This document shows positions 19,402 through 28,849 of a stretch of DNA of 64,000 bases, piece after piece (within the stretch, counting starts at the first letter, position 1; each line of letters starts with the position of its first letter). Below the pieces are notes generated by a model. The model made no database searches, had not been told where the DNA came from, and saw nothing but the letters and a program-made list of their open reading frames with translations. Source of the stretch: an uncultured Holophagales bacterium. Lineage in GTDB: Bacteria; Acidobacteriota; Thermoanaerobaculia; Multivoradales; UBA5704. A program made the translations under genes and the position numbers. The stretch is from positions 1 through 64,000 of the forward strand of contig CAWJGT010000034.1 of the NCBI GenBank assembly GCA_963842525.1. The letters are read 5' to 3'.

Positions 19402-19416
19402 GTCAAGATCGTTGAC
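19402..19416. promoter_or_regulatory. Candidate upstream activator site (palindrome)
   Basis: GTCAA-N5-TTGAC, with CAAGC-TG-GCTTG at 19380-19391, upstream of a sigma54 promoter. Confidence 0.45.
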
Positions 19417-19459
19417 GTTGCGGTCAAGACTCTCCCGGGGGCCGGAGAGCCCTCCGGCC

Positions 19460-19475
19460 TGGTACGTTGCTTGCT
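19460..19475 (+). promoter_or_regulatory. sigma54 (-24/-12) promoter
   Basis: TGGTACG-TTGC-TTGCT matches TGGCACG-N4-TTGCW with exact GG-N10-GC spacing. Confidence 0.75.
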
Positions 19476-19542
19476 GAAACCCCTCCTGCATCACCTGAAG
19501 GTCGGTCGTTTGCCTGGCGCCGCCTACCCCTTTTGGAGGGAC

Positions 19543-20161
19543 ATGTCCTTGCGTTCCAAGCCACGCGGTCGCAGAGGCTCGGGCTGCGCGCCCGGGGGTG
19601 GTATGGGGCCGGAAGAAAACTTCCGGCAGATCTTCGCGGATAACTACAGGAAGGTCTTCCTCTTCTTCGTCCGGCGCGGGTTTTCGGACGACGAATGCGA
19701 GGACCTCGCGCAGGACGTTTTCCTGCGTGTCTTCAAGCACTTCGACACCTTCCGCGGCGAGGCCCGGATGGAAACCTGGCTGTTCCAGATCGCGGCGAAC
19801 CTCTATCGCAACACCCTCCGCGGCCGGGCCGCCCTCAAGCGCCATGTCCTGGAGGTCACCCTCGACGAAACCGTCCACGAGGCCGTTTCGTCCGAGCTTC
19901 CGGTCCATGACACGGCCGAGCCTGGACCGTTCGAATGGGTGCTGTCGCGGGAGCGGTCGAAAATCCTGCACGGCGCGATCGAAGAGCTCCCCCTGCCAGA
20001 TGCGCCGGTGCCTCCTCCTGCGCGTCGACCAGGACCTGAAGTACCGCGAGATCGCGGAGCTCCTGCGGATCTCCATCGAGACCGTCAAGGCCCATCTCTT
20101 CCAGGCCCGCCAGCTCCTCCGGGTCCGGCTCGAGACCGATTTCGCGGAAGAGCGGTGGTGA
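19543..20161 (+). CDS. ECF sigma factor (frameshift near 19990)
   Basis: EDLAQDVFLRV, ETWLFQIAAN; region 4 LKYREIAELL.ISIETVKAHL; GGAGG RBS. Confidence 0.88.
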
Positions 20162-20243
20162 GGAAGCTCTGCCGGAGGATTGGCGCGAAATCATTCCTCG
20201 CTGGAAGACATCTCTTCCTGGAGGACTGAATACATGCAGCTCC

Positions 20244-20879
20244 ATGCCAGCCGAGCCCGGTGGGAAGCCGCAGGAGGCCTGCGAGTCGACCTGTGAGTCT
20301 GGAGAGCGGTGGATCGAGCAGTGGAGAAGGGGGGGCGACCGCGACGAGTGCCTGCGGCAGCTCTTCACGGCCCACTTCCGGAAAGTCTTCACCTTCTTCT
20401 CCGGGAAGGGCTTCCCGGAGGAGGAATGCCACGACCTCGCCCAGGAGACCTTCCTCCGGGCCTTCACCCGCCTCGAAACCTTCCGCGGCGACGCGCGCTT
20501 CACGACCTGGCTGTTCCAGATCATGGAGAACGTCCGCCGCAACGCCCTCCGCGACCAGACGGCCCAGAAGCGCCAGGGCCAGGAAGTGCCGCTCGAGGTC
20601 TTCGCCGATCCGGAATCGCCCGCCGAGATGGCCCGGATCCTCGCCATCGACGAGCCCGGCCCCCTCGAACGCATCCTGGCCTGGGAGCGGTCGAGCCGCC
20701 TCCGCGAGGCCATCCAAGGGCTCCCCAACCAGATGCGCCGCTGCGTCGAGCTCCGGGTCGAGCAGGACCTCAAGTACCGTGACATCGCCGATGTCCTGGA
20801 AGTCTCGATCGACACCGTGAAAGCGCATCTCTTCCAGGCCCGCCACATCCTGCGCGGCGAGCTTGGCGATCCGGCATGA
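20244..20879 (+). CDS. ECF sigma factor (paralog of the upstream gene)
   Basis: DLAQETFLRA, TTWLFQI, LPNQMRRC, LKYRDIA..L.VSIDTVKAHL. Confidence 0.92.
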   Translation: MPAEPGGKPQEACESTCESGERWIEQWRRGGDRDECLRQLFTAHFRKVFTFFSGKGFPEEECHDLAQETFLRAFTRLETFRGDARFTTWLFQIMENVRRNALRDQTAQKRQGQEVPLEVFADPESPAEMARILAIDEPGPLERILAWERSSRLREAIQGLPNQMRRCVELRVEQDLKYRDIADVLEVSIDTVKAHLFQARHILRGELGDPA

Positions 20880-20890
20880 CCCATCGAGAA

Positions 20891-21075
20891 GGGCAGTAAC
20901 CGCCCATCGTCAACACCGCGGCCGGTAGGTTGGGCAATGGCTGCCCTTCGTTAAGACTTCGCCCCTTAAGGTTGGGCAGTGACTGCCCTTCGCTAAGACC
21001 TCACCCTTTAAGATTGGGCAGCGACTGCCCTTCGCTAACGGTAGGGCTGTTGGTGAAGGGCACAGACTCCCCTGA
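20891..21075. repeat. Degenerate 42-bp tandem repeat (about 4.5 copies) with internal hairpin
   Basis: GGGCA[G]-N3-CTGCCC-TTCG units start at 20891, 20932, 20974, 21016, 21058. Confidence 0.8.
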
Positions 21076-21146
21076 CAGACCGGGGAGCCTACAGTCCGGA
21101 GCAGATCTGCAGGAGGAGCCGGACAAGTCGGGGGACGGCCCTGGCT

Positions 21147-21353
21147 CAGCCCCGCAGGGGCGGTCGGAATTAGCCCGGGATTTCAATCCCGGGAATCGGG
21201 TGCATCCCCAAACCCCCGGAGCCCCGGCAGGGGCGACAGGAAATCCGGCTGGCGAATCTCCTGCCGCCCCTGACGGGGCTGAATAGAGAGGGGTGGGCCT
21301 TTGCCCCGGGATTGAAATCCCGGGCTAATTCCGACCGCCCCTGGCGGGGCTGA
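21147..21353. repeat. Nested inverted-repeat element (second REP/MITE family)
   Basis: About 47-bp arms CAGCCCCGCAGGGGCGGTCGGAATTAGCCCGGGATTTCAATCCCGGG and its reverse complement, inner GCCCCGGCAGGGGCGACAGGA stem. Confidence 0.85.
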
Positions 21354-21367
21354 ATTCCAAACACCCT

Positions 21368-22292
21368 CTAAGGGTGACCTGGGGCGCCGCATAGAGCTAC
21401 CACCATTGCCAAGCCGACGATGGCGTAGAGCGTGCGGTAACGTGCTTGCAGGCGGCGGATGCTCGGGTAGGTGAGGCCCTCGGCCAGAGTCTTGAGCGAC
21501 CAGAGCAGGTGAATGGGGTAGAGAGCGACGAGGGCTGCCAGGGGACGGGGGAGGATGCCCTGGAGGGCTAGGAGGAGAAGGAGGGCGTGGGCCAGGGTGA
21601 AGAGGACCAGGCTGGCGACGAAGGTGCGGCGCTGGCCGAAGGCCACCGCGTTGGTCCTGATGGCGTTGAGGACGTCGCCTTGATGGTCGCGGATTTCCTG
21701 GGTCAGATGGCCGGCGGTGAAGGTCAGGGCGAAGAAGGTGGCCGTGGCGAGGCCGCGACGGTCGATGGTGTTCCCCAGAGAGTAGCCGAGGAGGAAGTGG
21801 AGGGCGCCGCCGGCCAGGTGGGCCGCGGAGCTGAGGAGCGGTCTGCCTTTCCAATTGAAGCGGGGCAGGGAGTAGAGGGCGCTCAGGGTGGCGATTGCCA
21901 GGGCCAGGCAGAGGGCGCTTGGGCCGAGGCGGCTGAAGAGGAGGAGACTCAGGGCGAGCAGGCCGGCCGTCAGACCGCCGATCTCCCTGCGGCCTACACC
22001 TCTGGCCGTGAAGACGCTGGCGGCCTTGTTCGGGTCGGTGAGGTCGGCGGTCAGGCCGGACCAGTCGTTGAGCAGGAAGATGTGCGCCACCAGGCAGACG
22101 TTGGCGACGAGTGAGGATCGCCAGCGGCCCCACGTTCTCCGCCGCCGGGTGGCGGATCGCGAAGGCGGCGCCGAGCAGTGGCGAGCCCTGGAGAACGAGG
22201 ATCTCCGGCAGGCGCAGGCAGGACAGGTAGCGCACCGCGGCAGCTTTAGCCGCCGAGATGGGCGCCGGGATGGGGATGCTCGAGGTGCTCAT
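21368..22292 (-). CDS. UbiA family prenyltransferase (frameshift near 22110)
   Basis: Multi-TM; LNDWSGLTAD..PNK, YS.P.FNWKG.P, QEIRDHQGD..AIRT Asp-rich motifs; start overlaps the upstream stop. Confidence 0.85.
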
Positions 22293-25200
22293 GTTCCGTC
22301 ATAAAGCCTTAGCCAGAGCGCGTAGCCGACGTCCTCCGACCAGTAGTATCTAGGGACCGTCGCGGTGAGATCGTTGTGGTAGAGGAGCGGCGGATTCTTT
22401 CGCACAAGGGCAAAGTCGTCCTTGGCAAGCTGGCGCAGCACCGCCTGGATCTCCGCAGCGTCGGCCGGTGGGCCTCCGGGCGTCCGCCTGCGCCCCAGCA
22501 GCCGGGCGACGGACACCCAGATCTCCTGGCCTGGCACCGGCGTCCGCATCCGTGACTCGGGCAGCTCCAGCTCGCAGCCGGCGCGCTGGAGGTCGGTCAG
22601 GCGCAGGATCGGGACCAGCGGCGCCATTCGATAGTAGACCCAGACCCGATCCTGGTCGACAACCGGGCGGAGAGCTTCGCAGAGCGCACGGCCGGCCGGC
22701 GGCTGCACCTCGGCCAGCAGCAGCAGCAAGTGCATCTGGATGGCGATGTCGGCAGGGTTCGGATCGCTGCCCGGGTCGAGGCACTGGTAGGCCTCGCGCG
22801 GCGCGAGCCAGGTGCGGTAGAGGCCCTCGCGGGTGCGATATCGGTCGATGGTCGCCAGGGCGGCCGGCAGCCGCCGGCGGTCGTGGCCGGGAGCGAGCCT
22901 CCAGACGAGCGCCGTGTCGTCGGTATCGGGCGTGATCGCGCATCCCAGGGTGCCGATGCCAGGAGCGTCTGGCAGGCCATGGTAGCGCACCAGTCCGCCG
23001 GCCTCGATCTGGCCGGTGAGGTGCTGGCGGGCGCGCTGCAAGCTGTCGCCGAGACTGGCCGGTGGCCGCCAGCGGATCGAGCAGATCGAGCAGGAGAGCG
23101 GTGAGGAAGGTGTTCATCTCCGGGCGCGGCTCCTGGAAGTGCGGCGCGGTCGTGTGAGGCGGTGAGCCAGTAACCCGGCCCCTGCTGGTGCGCACGAAGC
23201 CGCGCCGCTGCCGTCCTGAAGCTGTCGTCGAGGTCCTCGCCGCCCGCCGCCGGTGCCATCCGCACGGTCAGCTTGCGCTCCCCCAGGTAATGTCCCTCTC
23301 CCTTTTCGAAGGCCCAGGCGAAGGCGGTCAGACGGTGCTCGCCGGGAGCGAGGCCGGCCGTGCTGAGCGGGATGCGCCAGCCGGCGGGGCTCGCCTCGTG
23401 CAGCGCATTGCGGACGTCGGGCCGGTCGAAGAAGGTGCGGGAGACGACGGTCTGCCGGCCATCGATGACGACCGCCACCTGCCAGGGGGTTGCGTGGCCG
23501 GCCAGCGCCCAGCCGGCGGCGGCGACCTCCTGGCCGGCGGTGACAGCGGAGATCGGGCGGCCGCCGGCCTCGATGGCGTCGAAACTGCCGCGTGTCCCGG
23601 CTACGGTCAGCTTGCGCTCCGCCAGGTAATATGCCTCTCCGTTCTCGGAGGCCCAGGCGATGGCGGCCAGATGGTGCTCGCCGGGAGCGAGGCCGGCCGT
23701 ATCGAGCGGGATGCGCCAGCCGGCGGGGCTCGCCTCGTGCAGCGTACCGCGGACGTCGGGCCGGTCGAAGAAGGTGCGGGAGGTGCCGGTCTGCCGGCCG
23801 TCGATGGCGATTGCCACCTGCCAGGGCGTTGCGTGGCCGGTTAGCGCCCAGCCGGCGGCGGCGACCTCCTGGCCCGCGGTGACTTCGGAGGTCGCGCGGC
23901 CGCCGGCCTCGATGGCGTCGAGATTGCCGCGCATCTCGAGCATCAGCTCCGCCGGCGCGAGGCCATGCTGTAAGGGAGCGACGAAGGGTGCGTTCCGCCA
24001 GTCCCACGCGGCCCGCATCGGGTGGGGACCGCTGGCGACGGCGAAGATCGCGCTGTCGGTCGCGCCGGTGTACCAGAAGGCGCCAATGGCTTCGATGGCG
24101 ACCGCGGCGCCGACCGCAAGCAGGAAGCACACCCGGCCGAAGCCGCGCAGTGCGGCGACCACCGGCACCAGCATCCACACGAGCAGCGGCAGGAGGTCGG
24201 TCAGGTAGCGCGGCCCCCAGGAGATGCCGGCCCGCCAGTCGGTCTTGGCATAGAGCAGGATCTGGAGGACGACGCCGGCGCTGATCGCCAGGGTGAGGCC
24301 GCGCTCGCCGCGCTCCCCGCGGTCACGCGGCAGGTGCCGCCAGGCCAGGACGAGGAAGAGCAGGAAGGGGGAGAAGACGAACAGCCCCCGCGTCGGGCTG
24401 AACAGCAATCCGCCGAGGCCGGAAAGCAGGTCGTGCTGGAAGAAGGTGGCCTTGCCCACCAGCCCGTAACCTCCGGCGAAGTGGCCGGCCACGCCGAGGT
24501 TGTAGAGCAGCACCAGGCCCATCGGCAGCGCCGCCGCCGCGACGAGCAGCGCCGCCCGGCGGCCGGCCCAGAACAGTCCGTAGGCGCCCAGCGCCGCCGC
24601 GAGGATGACATCCGGAGGGCGGTTGCCGGCGATGAGCCCGCACAGCAACCCCGCCGCAAGCGCCCGCGGCGCGGTGCACGGCCCGGTGAGGAGCAGCAGG
24701 GCGCCGATCACCAGCAACTGAGCCATCCCATGCTGCCACAGAGCCTGGCTGCTGATCACCCAGGTGGTGGTGCCGAAGGCATACGCCAGGGTGAGCAGCA
24801 GTGCGGTCGGCGCCGTCGCCCGGCGCCGCAGCAGCAGATAGAGGAGCGACGCGGAAAGCGCCGCCACGAGCGAGGCGGAGAGCTTCTCCATGACCCTCGC
24901 CATGTGGTCCAGCCGCCAATCCGTCCAACCCCGCAGGTTCAGGTAACCGACCGCGGGGAGGTAGAGCGGCGCGATGAGCACCGGCAGCACCACGGGATAC
25001 AGAGAGATGGTGTGGCCGTCGGGCGTAGACACCATCCAGAACGCCGTATCGCCTCGCCCCTGGGCGGTGAGCGGCGCGATCGGATCGAGAAGGAGGCTGT
25101 GGTGCTGCCAGATCGCGAACGGCAGGTAGCGTGCCGGGTAGGTGTCGCCGGCGCTGATCGCCCGCCCGTTGGCGTTGTAGACCAGCAGGCAGCAGAGCCC

Positions 25201-25314
25201 GATGAGCAGGCTTGCCCACAGCTCGCGCCGGCCGCGCAAGAAACGTCGGGCTTGCCCACGGTCCTCGGGCTGAACGGCGGGTGCAGACCGCCTGCCGCCG
25301 AGGACCGGGGTCAT
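22289..25314 (-). CDS. Large fusion: polytopic GT-C-like membrane domain + two Ig-like repeats + class II terpene cyclase-like domain (two frameshifts near 23060-23160)
   Basis: N-terminal about 10 TM with GDT.P, SQALWQHG, LLFSPTRGLF, WGPRYL; 113-aa duplication; C-terminal QQGPGYW and PDTDDTA. Confidence 0.7.
23250..23930 (-). repeat. Intragenic direct duplication, period 339 bp
   Basis: GCCGGGAGCGAGGCCGGCCGT at 23341 and 23680; repeated peptide GWAL.GHATPWQVA..IDGRQT..SRTFFDRPDVR..GWRIPL. Confidence 0.9.
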
Positions 25315-25405
25315 GGTTTGATGCTCACGTGCGCTGCTTCCTACGGGGTCCTGCTCCACGGGGGGTCCGGCGTACAAGTCCGTGTGCCGGTGGTAGACTT
25401 TCACT

Positions 25406-25687
25406 ATGGCTGAGCTGAGCGTTGAATTCAAGCTTCCTCGAGAGCTTGTGTCCGCGCTGAACATCCCCGAATCGGATCTCGGGCGCCGGGCCAAGGAGTG
25501 GATGCTTCTTGAGCTCTTCCTGGAAGGTGAGATCTCGACCGGCAAGGCGGCGGAGGTTCTCGGTATCTCGAAGGCTGCGTTCATCGAGCTGCTGAACCAG
25601 CGGAACCTCCCTTATCTCGACGCAGGCCTGCAAGAGCTGGAACGCGAGGTCGCTGCGGCCGAGGCTGCTCTCAGCACCCGTGGATAA
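25406..25687 (+). CDS. UPF0175 family protein (putative antitoxin)
   Basis: LFLEGEISTGKAAEVLGISK..FIELL. Confidence 0.85.
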   Translation: MAELSVEFKLPRELVSALNIPESDLGRRAKEWMLLELFLEGEISTGKAAEVLGISKAAFIELLNQRNLPYLDAGLQELEREVAAAEAALSTRG

Positions 25688-25717
25688 CGAACCGGAAAAT
25701 GACACCGAGAGGCTAGA

Positions 25718-25945
25718 ATGACGACTCAGCACTTTCATGTCTTGCTTGAATGGGATCCCGACTCGGCGGCCTGGGTGACCTATGTTCCGACGCTGAATGG
25801 CCTGTCGACTTTCGGGGAGACCAGGGAAGAAGCGCTCGCCAACACTCGGGAGGCGATTCTCGGGTATCTTGAGGCAGCAGAAAAGGAAGGGATTTCCGTC
25901 CCCGGGCCCGCGGAGTTGGTGGATGTCGAGGTGGCCGTCAGTTGA
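25718..25945 (+). CDS. hicB: HicB family antitoxin
   Basis: VPTLNGLSTFGETREEALANTREAI..YLE. Confidence 0.9.
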   Translation: MTTQHFHVLLEWDPDSAAWVTYVPTLNGLSTFGETREEALANTREAILGYLEAAEKEGISVPGPAELVDVEVAVS

Positions 25946-26169
25946 ATCGCCTCCCACCGGTGAGCGGCAGGGCTGTCCTTGCGGCTCTCCAGCGTAAGGG
26001 TTATATCCTCACTCACGTCCGCGGCAGTCATCACTATTTACGAAAGCCCAGCGTCACTGCTCTCGTCGTAGTGCCGGTTCACGGGAACCATCCTCTGCCC
26101 GTCGGGACGCTCCGGTCGATTCTCCGGCAGGCGGGTCTGACTGCGGCCGAGCTCCAGGAATCGCTTTAG
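25942..26169 (+). CDS. hicA: HicA family toxin
   Basis: RGSHHYL, VVVPVH, LPVGTLRSILRQAGL. Confidence 0.92.
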   Translation: MNRLPPVSGRAVLAALQRKGYILTHVRGSHHYLRKPSVTALVVVPVHGNHPLPVGTLRSILRQAGLTAAELQESL

Positions 26170-26211
26170 AAGGACAGTCTGGCTGACAAGATCGGGGTAT
26201 CCTTTTACCCC

Positions 26212-28390
26212 GTGAGCCACTTCTTCATCAGCTACACCCAGGCCGACCAGCCCTGGGCGGAGTGGATCGCCTGGGTGCTCGAAGAGGCCGGATTCGAGAC
26301 GAAGATCCAGGCCTGGGATTTCCGGCCGGGGAGCAACTTCGTCGTCGAGATGTAGCGAGCCTCGGCCGGGTCGGAACGGACGCTTATCATCCTATCGGCC
26401 GACTATCTGGGCTCGCGCTTCGGTATGGCCGAGTGGGCCGCCGCCTTTGCGCAGGATCCGACAGGCGAGAAGGGCAAGCTCCTGCCGTAGGGGAGACCGC
26501 CGCCATTGGCCAGATCGCCGCCGCCACCGGGCTGGGAGGCATCGGCAAGACGCAGCTCGCCTGTGAATTTGTCCACCGGTATGGCCGCTTTTTCGAGGGA
26601 GGCGTCTTTTGGATGAGCTTCGCGGACGAGGCCGCCGTGCCCGCCGAGGTGGCCGCCTGCGGCCAAGGCCTGGGGCTCCATCCTGCCTCTCGACCAGCAG
26701 GTCCGCCTAGTGGAGGAGGCCTGGCAGAGCCCTCTGCCGCGCCTGCTCGTCTTCGACAACTGTGAGGACCAAAAGCTGCTGGATCAGCGGCGCCCGCGGT
26801 CTGGGGGAGCTCGAGTGCTCGTGACGAGCCGGCGATCGCGTTGGGATCCGGTCCTCGGGGTGAAGACGCTGCCACTGGATACGCTGGAGCGTCCGGTGAG
26901 CGTCGAGCTCCTGCGCCGCTTCCGGCCGGATGTGCCCGCCGGTGACGCGGCTCTTGGCGGGATCGCGGAGACGTTGGGGGATCTCCCTCTCGCGCTCCAC
27001 CTCGCAGGGAGCTTCCTCGCGCGGTACAAGGACGCCTCTTTCGGCCAGCCGGCAGCCTATCTGGATCAGTTGCGGCGGGGAGACCTGCTCACCCATCCCT
27101 CGCTCCAGGGCAAGGGCTCCGAGATCTCGCCCACGGGGCACGAAGCCCATGTGGCTCGCACTTTTGCGCTCGGCTACGAGCGCCTGGATCCGGCCAATCC
27201 GATCGATGACCTGGCTCGAAAGCTCCTGGCTCGGGCCGCACACTTCGCGAGCGGCGAGCCCATCCCCCGTACGCTACTCCTTGCAACGCTCGGTCTTGCC
27301 GAGGGGGACGCGGACGCGCTCTTTGCTGCCGAGGACGCGCTGGACCGGCTGATCGGCACGGGGCTTCTGGAGAGTGGAGAAGGGGGACGGTTGGTTCTCC
27401 ATCGGCTCGTGGCGATCTTTGCCCGCGGGAGGGAAGAGGAGGGCGAAGCCCGCGAAGCCGTTGAGGAGACGCTCTTCGAGGAAGCGAACCGGTTGAACCA
27501 AGCGCGCTATCCAGCTCCGCTTCTTGTTTGGCAGCCTCACCTCAGATCTGTGACCGACGCCGCCCGGAAACGTGATGATCCCATGGCAGCGAGACTGTGC
27601 TGCGCTTTGGACTACCACCTTGCGATGATCGGTGATTTTGCGGGGGCGCGGCCGTACAGTGAGCGAGCGTTGGCGGTCCGGGAAAAGATCCTCGGCCCGG
27701 AGCACCCGGACACAGCCCAAAGCCTGAACAGCGTGGGTTTCCTCCTTAGAGCCCAAGGCGAATCTTGCGGGAGCGCGTCTCTGCTACGAGCGGGCGCTGG
27801 CGATTCGGGAAAAGGTCTTAGGCCCGGAGCACCCGGACACGGCCCGAAGCCTGAACAACCTGGGGATTCTTCTCCAGGATCAGGGCGACTTTGCGGGCGC
27901 GCGTCCGTACCACGAGCGGGCGCTGGCGATTTCCGAAAAAACCCTCGGCCCGGAGCACCCAGACATGGCCCATTGCCTGAACAGCCTGGGGGTTCTCCTC
28001 CAGGATCAGGGCGATTTTGCGGGCGCGCGTCCATACCACGAGCGGGCGCTGGCGATTCGGGAAAAGGTTCTCGGCCCGGAACACCCGGACATGGCCCGTA
28101 GCCTGAACAACCTGGGACGACTCCTCGAAGCCCAGGGCGATCTTGGGGGTGCGCGCCCGTACTTCGAGAGAGCACTGGAGATCAAGAAAAAGGCCCTCGG
28201 CCTGGAACACCCGGACACGGCCCGCAGCCTGAGTAATCTGGGTTTCCTCCTCCAAGCCCAGGGCGACCTTGGGGCAGCGCGTCCGTACTGCGAGCGGGCA
28301 CTGGCAATCTTCGAGGCGCGCCTCGGGCCGAATCACCCGGACACCAAGATCGCGCGGGAGAATCTGGAGAGCCTGTCCGCCCCGGATTGA
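26212..28390 (+). pseudogene. Disrupted TIR - NB-ARC - TPR (NLR-like) gene
   Basis: GTG start MSHFFISYTQADQPWAEWIAW..LE..G...QAWDFRPGSNFV (TIR); in-frame TAG at 26353 and 26488; GLGGIGKTQLA P-loop; LLVFDN, VLVTSR, LGDLPLAL; 42-aa TPRs. Confidence 0.85.
27630..28380 (+). repeat. 126-bp TPR-coding tandem repeats (about 6 copies)
   Basis: Recurrent GGCCCGGAGCACCCGGACA..GCC....GCCTGAACA (GPEHPD.A.SLNNLG). Confidence 0.9.
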
Positions 28391-28420
28391 CACAGGGGAC
28401 GGAGGGCGCCCTGGGATTCG

Positions 28421-28849
28421 TCAAGCGTTGGGCATTGGCAACATCGTGAGAAACCCTGCCTGCTTGAAATGCCCGTCGTTCGTAAAGGCTTCTTGGACCC
28501 CGTGCTTTTCCATCACCACGAAGCTTGCACAATCGACCAAGCCCCAACTCTTGTCCGGTCGTGCGGCGTAACGTCGAAGCGCCTGTTGGAAGAGGTCCTC
28601 TGTCATCGTAATCCACTCGACCCTGGGGCTTGAGCGGACCAGCTCGACAGCACTCGCGAAGCGTACTCGCGCCGGTGTGCGTGCCAACCCGTTGCCTGTC
28701 TCTGCAGCGACCCAGTCCGTGATGAAAACGGTATAGCCCTGCCGGCTGAGGTCCGTCCAGAGCCTGAGCGCCACGCTGTGGAGAGAATCGGACGAAATCA
28801 GTAGGGCAATCCAGCCATTCGTGTCGAGGAAGACCCTTCTACTGGGCAT
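28421..28849 (-). CDS. PIN domain (VapC-like) toxin
   Basis: VFLDTNGWIAL, TDWVAAE, WGLVDCASF, AFTNDGHF.QAGF. Confidence 0.9.
   Translation of the reverse strand: MPSRRVFLDTNGWIALLISSDSLHSVALRLWTDLSRQGYTVFITDWVAAETGNGLARTPARVRFASAVELVRSSPRVEWITMTEDLFQQALRRYAARPDKSWGLVDCASFVVMEKHGVQEAFTNDGHFKQAGFLTMLPMPNA

Noticed and set aside
20891-21075. Possible mini CRISPR array
   Set aside because: Spacer-like segments are only 18-19 nt, two are near-identical to each other, repeats are degenerate and no cas genes are present
27630-28380. Near-identical repeats as a DGR template/variable pair
   Set aside because: They are in-frame 126-bp TPR units, differences are not adenine-specific and no reverse transcriptase is present
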